Of a stretch of 64,000 nucleotides of DNA, positions 54,026-64,000 are shown one piece after another. A program made the translations under genes and the position numbers. Where the stretch lies: contig OX597836.1 of NCBI GenBank assembly GCA_951406725.2, positions 21,080,001-21,144,000 on the forward strand. Direction: 5' to 3'. This stretch comes from Octopus vulgaris. Lineage: Eukaryota. A model generated the notes under the pieces. The model saw only the letters and a program-made list of their open reading frames with translations. It had not been told where the DNA came from and did not search any database. Numbering within the stretch: position 1 is the stretch's first letter; every line of letters begins with the position of its first letter.

Positions 54026-55764
54026 TAATCAGCATGATACAGTGAAACAAGGCTGGACCTTCATTGTGCAGATACGATCCATTTGACTGGCTCAGCAGAG
54101 TTTCCATCAAGCCAAGTTCATTCAAAACACTTGAATAAAAGACACATACCCAAGGTACCAAAATATAATTTCAGATTAAATGTGAATATAAACGACTTAA
54201 GGCAGTGCTCCAGCATGGCCACAGTCACATGACTGAAACAAGTAAAAGAATAAAAGAATAAGCTTCTGCATTCTGATTATTTTCATTAATATTGGCAATA
54301 TTCTTCACTTTTCAGATTTTAAATTCTGGTAAAATTTTCATACATTAGATTGAAAGTTTTTCCTGATTAGATAACAAATGCAATTTGCATTTTCGCAATT
54401 CATCATCTATTAATGTCCATCTTCTATAGTGGTATGGATTAGAACAGCTTTACAGGATTCAACAAGGCAGAAGATAGCATCATGCTCCAATGTCTGCTTT
54501 GGCATAGTTTCTATTTCTATGGCTGGAAGCCCTTCCTAATGCCAATCACTTTACAGTGTGAAATGGTTTCGTTTTTGTGGCACCAACACAAATGAGGTAA
54601 CCACATAGCTTGTGAGACTAAGATCCCTTTTGACTAAATGAGTACAGAGAAAGAAATGCAGCTTCATGCAAGGTGGTGAGAGGTTCAAGTATGAAAGAAC
54701 AGATCAGAGAAAGTTTCTTGCTGTAGAGAAGATACAGTAATCAATAAAAATTGTTATTGGATATACAGAAACATCAAATGATGAAATACACAAAGAAACG
54801 ACTGTAAGTGATAGAGAATTGTGAAAATGCAAATCATATTCATTATCTAATCAGAAAAGCTCCCAAAATTTTACCAAAATTTTTAAAATATAAAAACTGA
54901 AGAATATTGCAAATATCAATGAAAAGAAACAAAATACAAAAGTTGTTTGTATTCAGATTTAATCTGAAATAATATTTATTATTTTTCTTTTAAATCTTCT
55001 TCATTACTATTATGCACAAATATTTTAAGACTGAAGAAAAGGTCATACATACATACATGGGTACGTAAGTGTATGTGTGTATGTATGCATACACATACCT
55101 ACTTACATACGCATAACCATATATACAATTCAAACCACTATTTTTTTCATCTATGTTTTGTAAAAAAGACAATTTTTTTTTTCCATAAATCTTAATTCCT
55201 TAAATAATAATAAAACTTCAAAAACAGACTTTTAGAGAAGGCGGAGATGATGTTTTCAAGTTCAGACATTTCTAAAGAGTATCAGCAACATACAAGAGAC
55301 AGTGCCAAGAAAGAATTCAGTCACTAAGAATTTATTACTGCTTTACTTTACACATACTTCATTCAACGAGGACATCCCTAGAAGTTGCTCAATGAGCAAG
55401 AAATAGCAACTAAATCGCACTGTTATCAAACCCTACCATCTTGAAAAAAAGAAAGAATACATTATATAATGTATCCCTAGATATGCTATGCCAAAACAAT
55501 GTATCACTGCAAAAATTTTATTGGCAAAATATGCTCTATAAAGAAAGTTATGAAGAAACAAAGTCAGTGGGTGGGACCCTTAAACTATAGATATACCATC
55601 ATAACAATGCACTGTTACGCAATATAATTACATATATGATGTTTAAAATAACATATATCCCTATGGTTGACATGGAGCTGACTTAGAGTGATTGATCGGA
55701 GATAATCTGAGGTTAAACAAAAGAAAACAAAAAGGAAAATGGTGAGTATGAGATACTAATTTTT

Positions 55765-55961
55765 TTTCTTTTACTTGTTTCAGTCATTTGACTGCAGCCA
55801 AGCTGGAGCACTGCCTTTAGTTGAACAAATCGTCCCAGGATTTCTTTGTAAGCCTCGTACTTATTCTATCAGTCTCTTTTGCCAAACCGCTAAGTTACGG
55901 GGACATAAACACACCTACGTCAGTTGTCAAGCAATGCTAGGGGGGGACACACAGACACACA

Positions 55962-56000
<39 letters not shown>

Positions 56001-56162
56001 GACAGGCTTCTTTCAGTTTCCATCTACCAAATCCAATTACAAGGCTTCAGTCAGCCCAAGGCTATAGTTGAAGACACTTTCCCAAAGTGTCACGCAGTGG
56101 GACTGAACCTGTAACCATGTGGTTGGGAAGCAAGCTTCTTACCACACAGCCACACCTGCACC
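55765..56162 (-). mobile_element. tRNA-derived SINE, type A, about 45 nt downstream of the MPDZ exon donor
   Basis: Reverse-complement homologue of the 15676 copy. More diverged copies at about 12085-12435, 27445-27790, 28600-28915, 37190-37540 (minus) and 46380-46670 (plus). Confidence 0.8.
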
Positions 56163-56206
56163 TATAATGTAAATATATATAAAAATTAAAAAAAAGAGAT
56201 CCTTAC

Positions 56207-56714
56207 CTTGCTGCAACACTTCCAGGTTGTATGTCATTGATATAAATTACTGAATCATCTTTGCCAGGATCTTTCATACCAACTACTCCAAATCCTAATC
56301 CAGTATTCTCTGGTTTGTATAATTTAATATGAACAAGGGATCTTCCTTTGGCTGCTGATTCAATGGCTTTCTGAAATTCCTGTTTGTATTCTTCGGTGAT
56401 GATAGTTCCAGTTGGGTGTGAACTATCTGGTAGTTCCAGTGTAGTATTGCATTTGAGACTGCTTATAGCTTTGTCATTAAGATTTAGAACCAAATCACCC
56501 GTTTTGGTGAAGCTGTAGCAATCATCAGGGATTGGTTGAGTCTCTAATACTTGTGTTAATTCATCAACGGAATCTAATAGATTGATAATCTGTTGAAATA
56601 CAGGGCTTCCAAGCATGCAAATCATTGATGTCAGGTCATCGTTCATATTGGTGATACCTTGGGAATGAAGTTTAGATTCAATACTTCGAAGACTCTCCAC
56701 CGCATGCTGGGAAT
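56207..56714 (-). CDS. MPDZ: Internal coding exon of an MPDZ/PATJ-family multi-PDZ scaffold (L27 domain, linker, N-terminal half of PDZ1)
   Basis: Translation DSQHAVESLRSIESKL...MLGSPVFQQIINLLDSVDEL resembles the MPDZ/Patj L27 domain. EFQKAIESAAKGRSLVHIKLYKPENTGLGFGVVGMK...IYINDIQPGSVAAR parallels human MPDZ PDZ1, including the GLGF loop. Acceptor tttcttctttgtttag|AT (phase 1) and donor GCAAG|gtaagg (phase 2). The M at 56763 in the ORF track is intronic. MPDZ versus PATJ orthology is unresolved. Confidence 0.9.
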
Positions 56715-57951
56715 CTAAACAAAGAAGAAAATAGAACTCAGTACACAACTGAAGAAAATTCATTCAAAAATGAACTAAATACGATTCTTTTAATATTTTA
56801 TATAATAACAATAATAGTGACAGTGTAAGTCAATTACATTGATCTCAGTATTCAACTGACACTTATTTTATCGACCTCAAAAGGATGAAAGGCAAAGCTG
56901 ACCTCAGCAGCATTTGAACCCAGAATGTAAGGACAGAATGATAACAACAACAATACTTGTTCAAAATTTTGGTACAAGGCTAGTAATTTTAGGGAGAGGG
57001 GAGGTTTGTTGATAATACCATCCCCAGTGCTTAACTGGTATTCATTTTATTTACCTTTTAAAAAAAATGAAATACTAATTAGAATCTTTTGCAAAACATT
57101 ACTCAGATTCAGTGCAACCTATCAGATAGGGGAAAATGAAGAGAAGGTCAGTATTAGTAAGGTAAGTAAAAAAAAAAAAAAACAGTAATTTATAGACAAA
57201 GATGCATGCAGAGAATACAGAACAAAACAAGATGAAAAATACAAACAGAAAGAGAGCCATAAAGGGGAAAACTATGTATAGGTGGTTCGACAAAGCAGTA
57301 CTGGGAAACAGCAGAAATCATGAAATTTTTAGAGGATAAAGTATTTTGACAGTTAACATCTCACATGATTTATTCCATGCTTCAGCAATTCTGAATATGA
57401 GAAAAAAGTGTTTCCAAAAAATTTTTAAATTACATCGAAATTCAACTGTAGGGATACAAATGAATTAATAAATTATAAAATTATATTAAATAAACTAATT
57501 TTAAAATTTTACGAAAATTATAATTTTTTTATTTTGTTTTTATGCAGACTAATGAACTGTGTATACGAACTGTGGAATCAATATGGGGTGCGGTCAGGTG
57601 AATAGAGATCACAGTAATTGAAGAGAAATAAAATGTCTACTGCTAACTCAAATACGGAATATTAATTTATGCAAAGGGTTTGATATAGCTCAGCTGAAAG
57701 AAATGAATGGTCATTAAAGTGTAATTTATTAAGATGAATGATTAAATAATTGCAGTGGTAAGAACATTTAGATTGGATAAACTGGAATATTGTCATATGA
57801 TGGATAACTTTGGAAGTATACTTTTACCACCATGGATAATATTAGGAAATATGGAATATATACAATAATTACACTCTGTAATAATTCTTTTTTTGTCTTT
57901 GGTTAATTAGTGTTATTATCTATTTCTTCTATCTAGAAATCAAAGGTAATG

Positions 57952-58277
57952 ACTATTATTCCTTTCAAATTTCACTTTTGTGACCTGGACATCAATGTTT
58001 TGAAACTGACCTATTTTCCAATACATTTCAGACAGATTCAGTGCTGAACTGCTGAAGCAGAAATATTGTTATAGCAAATATTCTGCTCAATAGCACAGAT
58101 TTGCTTGTCAGATGCTTGACCTTAACCACTTGAGCATCTCCCTCAGTAACTTACAATATGTGCATCTCTAATCATGAGCGGGAGTAGTGAGTGGGGGGCA
58201 ACATAGCCATGTATTGAGAGGGATTCTTTGGGATTTGAATAAATGTAACAAAAGCAAAATTTGAAGGAAATATTAGA
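57952..58277. mobile_element. MITE-like element with imperfect ~32-bp terminal inverted repeats
   Basis: CTATTATTCCTTTCAAATTTCACTTTTGTGAC versus the reverse complement of GTAACAAAAGCAAAATTTGAAGGAAATATTAG. Confidence 0.5.
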
Positions 58278-59129
58278 CATTTTTCACACTTTCTCGGAGT
58301 AAGCAAATGGGAAATAACAGTTGCTACCCAAGGACAAATTGTATTACACAAGGTTATAATTTAACCCTTTAGAATTTAAACTGGCCATATATAGCTCAAA
58401 TATTCTACTTGTTTTCTGTTAACACTGGCCAGATATGGCCTCTCACACCTACCCTGCTAAGCCATTCTAAAAATAGGCAAACACATCATTGAAAACTTGA
58501 AACCAGGCCCATGAGCCTGGCTAGGCTTTAAAAGGGCGCATTTATTTTATATTTTTATTAATATATCAAGATTGTATATGCATAAGAAGTGCTATGTTAA
58601 AAAGGAACCATTATTGATTTTGAAGAAGAGGAATACTCAGGTTAACCAAAATTAAACAGGCCAACAATTAAAGGTAATCCAGACATAAGTCATCACCTCA
58701 CCTCTTTCTGTTTACTTCTTGTGTTTTAAGATTGTAGAGTATATTATTCGAGGATGACTTCCCCACTGTTTCTAGTCATTCGAACACAAGCTGGAATTAT
58801 TAACACAAAGCTTTTCATCCAGCTCTAAATTTAAATCCTACTGAAGTCAATTTTGTCATCCTTTCAGTGTTGATCCATGAAGTACCATTCTACCCTGCCA
58901 TCGCCTATCTGAGTGGTAGTCTTAATCCATCACTCACTTTAACAACCCCCCTCTGGTATCCTTAGGTATCTTTAGTCCTTCTCTTCATCGGTCTCAGAGG
59001 TCCTGTAAAGAGTCATGGGTGCTGCCCTTCCTCCTGACTAAAACAAAATAAAAAGAGGGGTGGCAACAAGGCTACTGGTTGATGTTGACTGACAGCTCTC
59101 TCTCTCTCTCTCTCTCAATACATTTGCAC

Positions 59130-60443
59130 TTTACTGTACATGTGCATTGATGTTGCACATCCAACAGAGCATACTACCTTCATTTCTCTCCAGTCTACAC
59201 AGGCCTTCTGCATTCACAACCCATGTCTCACTACCATGGAGTATAGCCATTCAATCACAAGCATCATATAGTCTACCTTTCACTCTGGGAGAGAGATCTT
59301 TTGTTGCCAACAGAGGTAATAGCTCTTTGAACTTCCTCCACCCACTGCTTATTCTAGAAACAAAAATTTCAGAGCATCCTCTACCATTGCTAATTTGGTC
59401 ACCTAGGTAACAGAAACTATCTACAACCACAAGAGAGTCTCCTGAGAGAATCTAAGTCCCATGTGCTCTTAGTACTTATTGTTCCTGCACATCTGCCACA
59501 TACAAAGACGACTTTATCTCAATCTACCTGTGGTTCCACTGCACCTCTTATGTGTCCATAGTTTACACTGGGTGCAGTGAATGGAATTTCTTCCCACTCC
59601 TTTCCTACATATTGAGCAGGGCCATTTACCTGATGGAAAGAGAGTTTTATCTTATTTCTTACTAACAACAACTTTGGTCGTAGCTAGGTTAACTTTAAGT
59701 ACCTACTACTACTAACGGATCCGGCGCCTTTCGTGGAAGCTTTTGCCCGCTTCTTAGGACTGACTGACCCATGCTCGACCGCTGTTGGCACGGAACCCAT
59801 CTATACTTCGGTCTTCGAAGGTCTCGTTCGAATATTTGCTACTACCACCGAGATCTTTAAGGCCTTTTGATTCCAGGTTGTTTCTATACCTGGAAGTTCT
59901 CCAGTTCTACTAAAGATTCTGTAATAAGAACAAGGTCATCAGCATATAGCAGTTCCCACAGGCACATGGTTTTTGAATTTTTCTGTCATGGCCTGGAAAA
60001 CTATAATGAATAAGAGTGAGCTGAGAACTGAGCCCTGATGAACCCCTACCTGTACACTAAATGCATCACTGCATTCATGGTTGACTCTCACCTTACTGAC
60101 AGCACCACTGTACATGGCTTGTACAGCTCTAACAAGTCACTCCGCTACTCCTTACTTCCTCAGAGACCATCATTTAACAGAGCAGGGATCTCTGTCAAAA
60201 GCTTTCTCCATGTCAACAAAGGCTAAGTACACTGGCTTGCTTTTGGCTAAGTACTTTTCCTGCAGGTGTCTCACTAGGAAGATGGCATCTGCGGTACTCT
60301 TCCCAGGTATAAAACCAAACTGCATCTCATTCAGTTTAGTTCTAGTTCTAATCAATTTAGCTTTAACCCTCTCAGTAACTTTCACGACTTAGTCTAGCAA
60401 TTTAACACCTCTGTAATTGTTTCTAAGACATCCCCTTTACCCA
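59130..60443 (-). mobile_element. Decayed RTE-clade LINE, RT region with PHD-like finger; interrupted by the 28S fragment
   Basis: GKGD..NYRGVKLL, QFGFIPGKSTADAIFLVRHLQEKY...AFVDMEKAFDR, LLYADDL (about 59930-59952), LESKGLKVN, WPCSICRKGVGRNSIHCTQCKLWTHKRC. Contains stops and frameshifts. Confidence 0.9.
59700..59854 (-). pseudogene. Retroposed 28S (LSU) rRNA fragment
   Basis: Minus strand reads (AG)ATCTCGGTGGTAGTAGCAAATATTCGAACGAGACCTTCGAAGACCGAAGT...GGGTTCCGTGCCAACAGCGGTCGAGCATGGGTCAGTCAGTCCTAAG, matching the conserved eukaryotic LSU segment before D7. Flanked by direct repeat CTTTAAG (59693-59699 and 59855-59861). Confidence 0.9.
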
Positions 60444-60947
60444 GGTAATAGATACTTAAATTTTCATAGTTATAGAATGCTCGCAAAAGTTTCTTACATT
60501 TAAGGGTGTGGGCAGCGTCTGTACCTATGAAATTTTAAGCAATAAATAGTTGGGCTGATCTATTATAAAATGCTTTCAACTGAAACTAAATGTGTTCAGT
60601 GCTATTTTTTTCTTTCATCTGTTCACCTTGAGTGTCTATGTATGTATATGTGAGTGTATGTGTATGTATATAGATATATGTATGTATATCATCATCATCA
60701 TCATTTAGCATCCGCTTTCTATGCTAGCATGGGTTGGACAGTTCAACTGGGGTCTAGGAAGCCAGAAGGCTGCATCAGGCCCAGTCTGATCTGGCAGTGT
60801 TTCTACGGCTGACGCCCTTCCTAATGCCAACCACTCTGTGAGTGTATATGTGTATATTTTGTTTACTTAACTAGGATGTGTATGGATTATACCAAACTGG
60901 CTTGGTGCCTCAATTTAAGTACCTAGTTCAACTGAATCTTAATTATA

Positions 60948-60987
<40 letters not shown>

Positions 60988-60994
60988 TATGTAT

Positions 60995-62240
60995 GTCATC
61001 ATCATTTAATGTCTGCTGTCCATGCTGGCATGGGTTGGAAAGTTTGACCAAGGCTGGCAAGCTGGAAGGCTGCACCAGGCTCCAGTCTGACTTGGCATGG
61101 TTTCTACAGGTGGATGCCCTTCCGAACACCAACCATTCCAAGATTGTAATGCATGTCCTTACATGGAACCAGCATGGGTGCCATTTGCGTGACACTAGTA
61201 TCTGCCGTGACTGTGATCTTATTTGGTTTGATGGGTTTTCTTCTCAAGCACAACATAATGCCAAGTTCTCAGTCATTCATCATTGCCTCTGTGATCAACC
61301 ACTTTATTCCGTGAGGCCCAATGCTCAAAGGTATTTTTTACGTGTCCATTACATGATATGAGCATCAGCCCTGACTACGATTTCACTTGGCTTCACAGGT
61401 CTTCTCAAGCAATGCATATAACCAAAAGTCTCGGTCACTAGTCACTGCCTCTGTGAGACCCAAAGTTAAAAGATCATGTTTCACCACCTCATCCCATGTC
61501 TTCCCAGGTTCACCATAATCACAGGTTCCCCCCACAGTTAGAGATCAGTACTCCTTTACACAGCTGTCCCTGTCCACATGATCATATCAGCACAGTTGTC
61601 TCTCTTGCACACCACATCCAATACCTGTTATGCCCAACTTTCTCTCAAGATGCTTACACTCTGTAGTACATGCATATATTGCACATCCAGTGATGCATAA
61701 TAGCTTCATTTCTTTCAAGCCTACACATGTCCTTGGCTGTCAGCAGCCTATGTTTCACTGCCAAGTAGCACAGTTGTTTGCACACAGGCATAATACAATC
61801 TGCCTTTCACTCTGAGGTAGAGGCCCTTTGTTACCAGCAGAGGTAGGAGTTCTCTGAACTTTGCCCAGCCTATTCTTATTCTCACAGCTATGCTCTTGGA
61901 GCATCCACCTCCTACCTCTAGCTTACTTGCCTGGCAGTTGATGGAGTCTATTTTCTGTACATTTACAGTGTTTATTGTACCTGTGCATCTTCCACACACA
62001 AAAGCTATTTTCCTGTTAATCTTCCTCTGATATTGCCGCACCTCTATGTGTCCATAGCTTACACCAAGTACATCTTATGGATTTTCTACCTTCATCTTTT
62101 CCACAGATCAAGCAGAGCCATCTACCTGAAGGGATTTGTAATTTGTCTGCCCTCCTACTGACTAAGACTTTGGTTTTTTTTCTAGATTAACTCTAGACCT
62201 TGCTTCCGAACCTGAGTCTTCTTCTCTAGTTCAGGTAGTG
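60995..62240 (-). mobile_element. RTE LINE 3' part: PHD-like finger, ORF C-terminus, 3' UTR and (GAT)n tail
   Basis: RIRIGWAKFRELLPLLVTKGLYLRVKGRLYYACV...GSET and PGKTWDEVVKHDLLTLGLTEAVTSDRDFW, followed by a UTR ending CCCATGCCAGCATGG...TTAAATGATGATGAC. Confidence 0.85.
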
Positions 62241-62608
62241 ATATATATATATATATATATATATATAATCATCATCATTATTGTTTAATGTCTGCTTTCC
62301 ATGCTGGCATGGATCGGACGGTTTTACTGAAAGCTGGCAAGCCAGGAGGCTGCGCCAGGTTCCAATCTGATCTGGCAAGGTTTCTACAGCTGGATGCCCT
62401 TCCTAATACCAACCATTCCGAGAGTGTAGTGGATAAGTGTGTGTATGTGTGTGTGTACACACACACTTAAATTCACCTAAATTCAACTAATATAATATAC
62501 AGTCCATGCAATTCCAAAGCACCTGACTGCATCTAAAATTTCATCAGGAAAAAAAAATATGTCACTTGAACATGTGCAATATCCAATTATCCTTTACACT
62601 TTTTATTA

Positions 62609-62642
<34 letters not shown>

Positions 62643-63861
62643 CAACACTTTGCTCTACTCTAACACATTGGCAGCATGATTTACAGTTAGAATACATAAA
62701 TACACATTGCAGCAGTCATTAGTTTGAGCTGGAACAGCTGTGGCCAGTGTGACCATTAACTAATTCATTAACAGCAAGATTTACAGATAGCAAAGTAACA
62801 GTAGTGGTGTTGATGATGGTGGTGGTGGCAGTAGTTGTAGTAGTAGTAGTTGCAACAGCAGCAGCCATTACACAGTGCTGCCAATAGCTGTGGATGGAGA
62901 AAAAAGTTTAACTCAGTCAAAATATTTTCCATTTAATGTAGTATCATAAAATATAATATAGCAGCCATTGTACATCAGTGCTGCTAGCTGTACATTTTTT
63001 TTTATTTTGACCTTCATTGGTCAACAGTGACCATACCTTAACAAGATTTGTGTGTGTGATGAAAAATAGCCGTTGTCCATGCATTCAAGTTTCCTCTCTC
63101 CATGATACTAATATTTATACTAGTGAAAATACAATTTAGCACCAATGTCAACACAAGCACTGCTTTCAGAATGAAAAGAACACAAACAGATACTACAAAT
63201 TATTTTTCTCAAACCTCCAACAGTTCTCTCAATCTACCATCCTGGATTAATACTTTTTTTTTTTTACTTGCCCCAAAAGAATGATGGCTGCATAGCATTT
63301 TATTCTGCACTATAACAACACTGACAATGATAAATCATTGACAATTTAAATTACCAAGGTACCATAGCCAACCATTACACAAATGAGTTAACAGTATTAG
63401 TGCTGATACCACCTGTGGGATGAATTGAATGGAACTTCGTAGCAAATATTTAGGAAAGGAGTTGGGTGTGATTCAAATGTTCAACTCACTTTTCTAGTTT
63501 GTATGGGTAAGATGGAATTTGTGAAGATAGATTTTCTAAGACCAGATGTCCATCCAGTCACCAACCCTCCCTTGTTTTAAGCACGTAATATTTCCCATGA
63601 CCCAACGTGTTCTCCACAGAAGACAGGAAACATTGCTTGTATGACAATGATGTTCATTTACAGCTACATGATGTCAAGACAAAGTGACACACACACACAT
63701 ATATATATACATGACAAGCTTCTTTCAGTTTCCATCTGCCAAATACATTCAACTTCACCATGAGTAGAAAACACTTGCCCAAGGTGGACTGAACTGGAGA
63801 CTACATGGTTGGGAATAGAGCTTCTTAACCACACATCCATGCATGTGCCCATATCTATCTA

Positions 63862-63897
<36 letters not shown>

Positions 63898-64000
63898 TCA
63901 ATAAATGGTGGGGTTGTGTTGACCGCACGTGGAGAAATGATAAGCAAGGAAAAATTGTAAAAAGGCAGAATGCTAAATTGAAAGAAAATTTTAATGAAAA

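Noticed and set aside
56715-56763. N-terminal MNFLQLCTEFYFLLCL of the MPDZ ORF as a start
   Set aside because: Overlaps the polypyrimidine tract and AG acceptor; homology begins at the Asp after the acceptor.
59700-59854. Functional rRNA gene or contaminant
   Set aside because: Only 155 bp, bounded by a TSD within a host LINE.
55765-63850. Inverted SINEs flanking the MPDZ exon that could promote a circRNA
   Set aside because: The nearest same-head SINEs on either side are both minus-oriented, so no complementary pair is evident.

Overview
AT-rich eukaryotic genomic DNA, densely filled with (TA)n/(CA)n microsatellites and interspersed repeats. The repeat repertoire suggests an octopus or other coleoid cephalopod (inference). 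The only clear host coding sequence is one 508-nt minus-strand exon (56207-56714) encoding the L27 domain and first half of PDZ1 of an MPDZ/PATJ-family scaffold; the rest of the window appears to be its introns. These contain decayed RTE and CR1-like LINEs, tRNA-headed SINEs, TTAA MITEs, two non-autonomous Helitrons and a Penelope endonuclease remnant. Most interesting: (1) a 155-bp 28S rRNA fragment retro-inserted into an RTE with a 7-bp TSD, ending near the protostome hidden-break region; (2) short inverted-repeat elements carrying minimal hammerhead-ribozyme motifs, one behind a tRNA-like Pol III promoter; (3) a CpG-rich candidate internal promoter/exon near 19.9-21.6 kb; (4) RTE 3' UTRs with variable arrays of hairpin repeats; (5) a ~235-nt foldback. 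All calls were made by eye; no alignments or database searches were run, and repeat boundaries are approximate unless a TSD or terminus is quoted.
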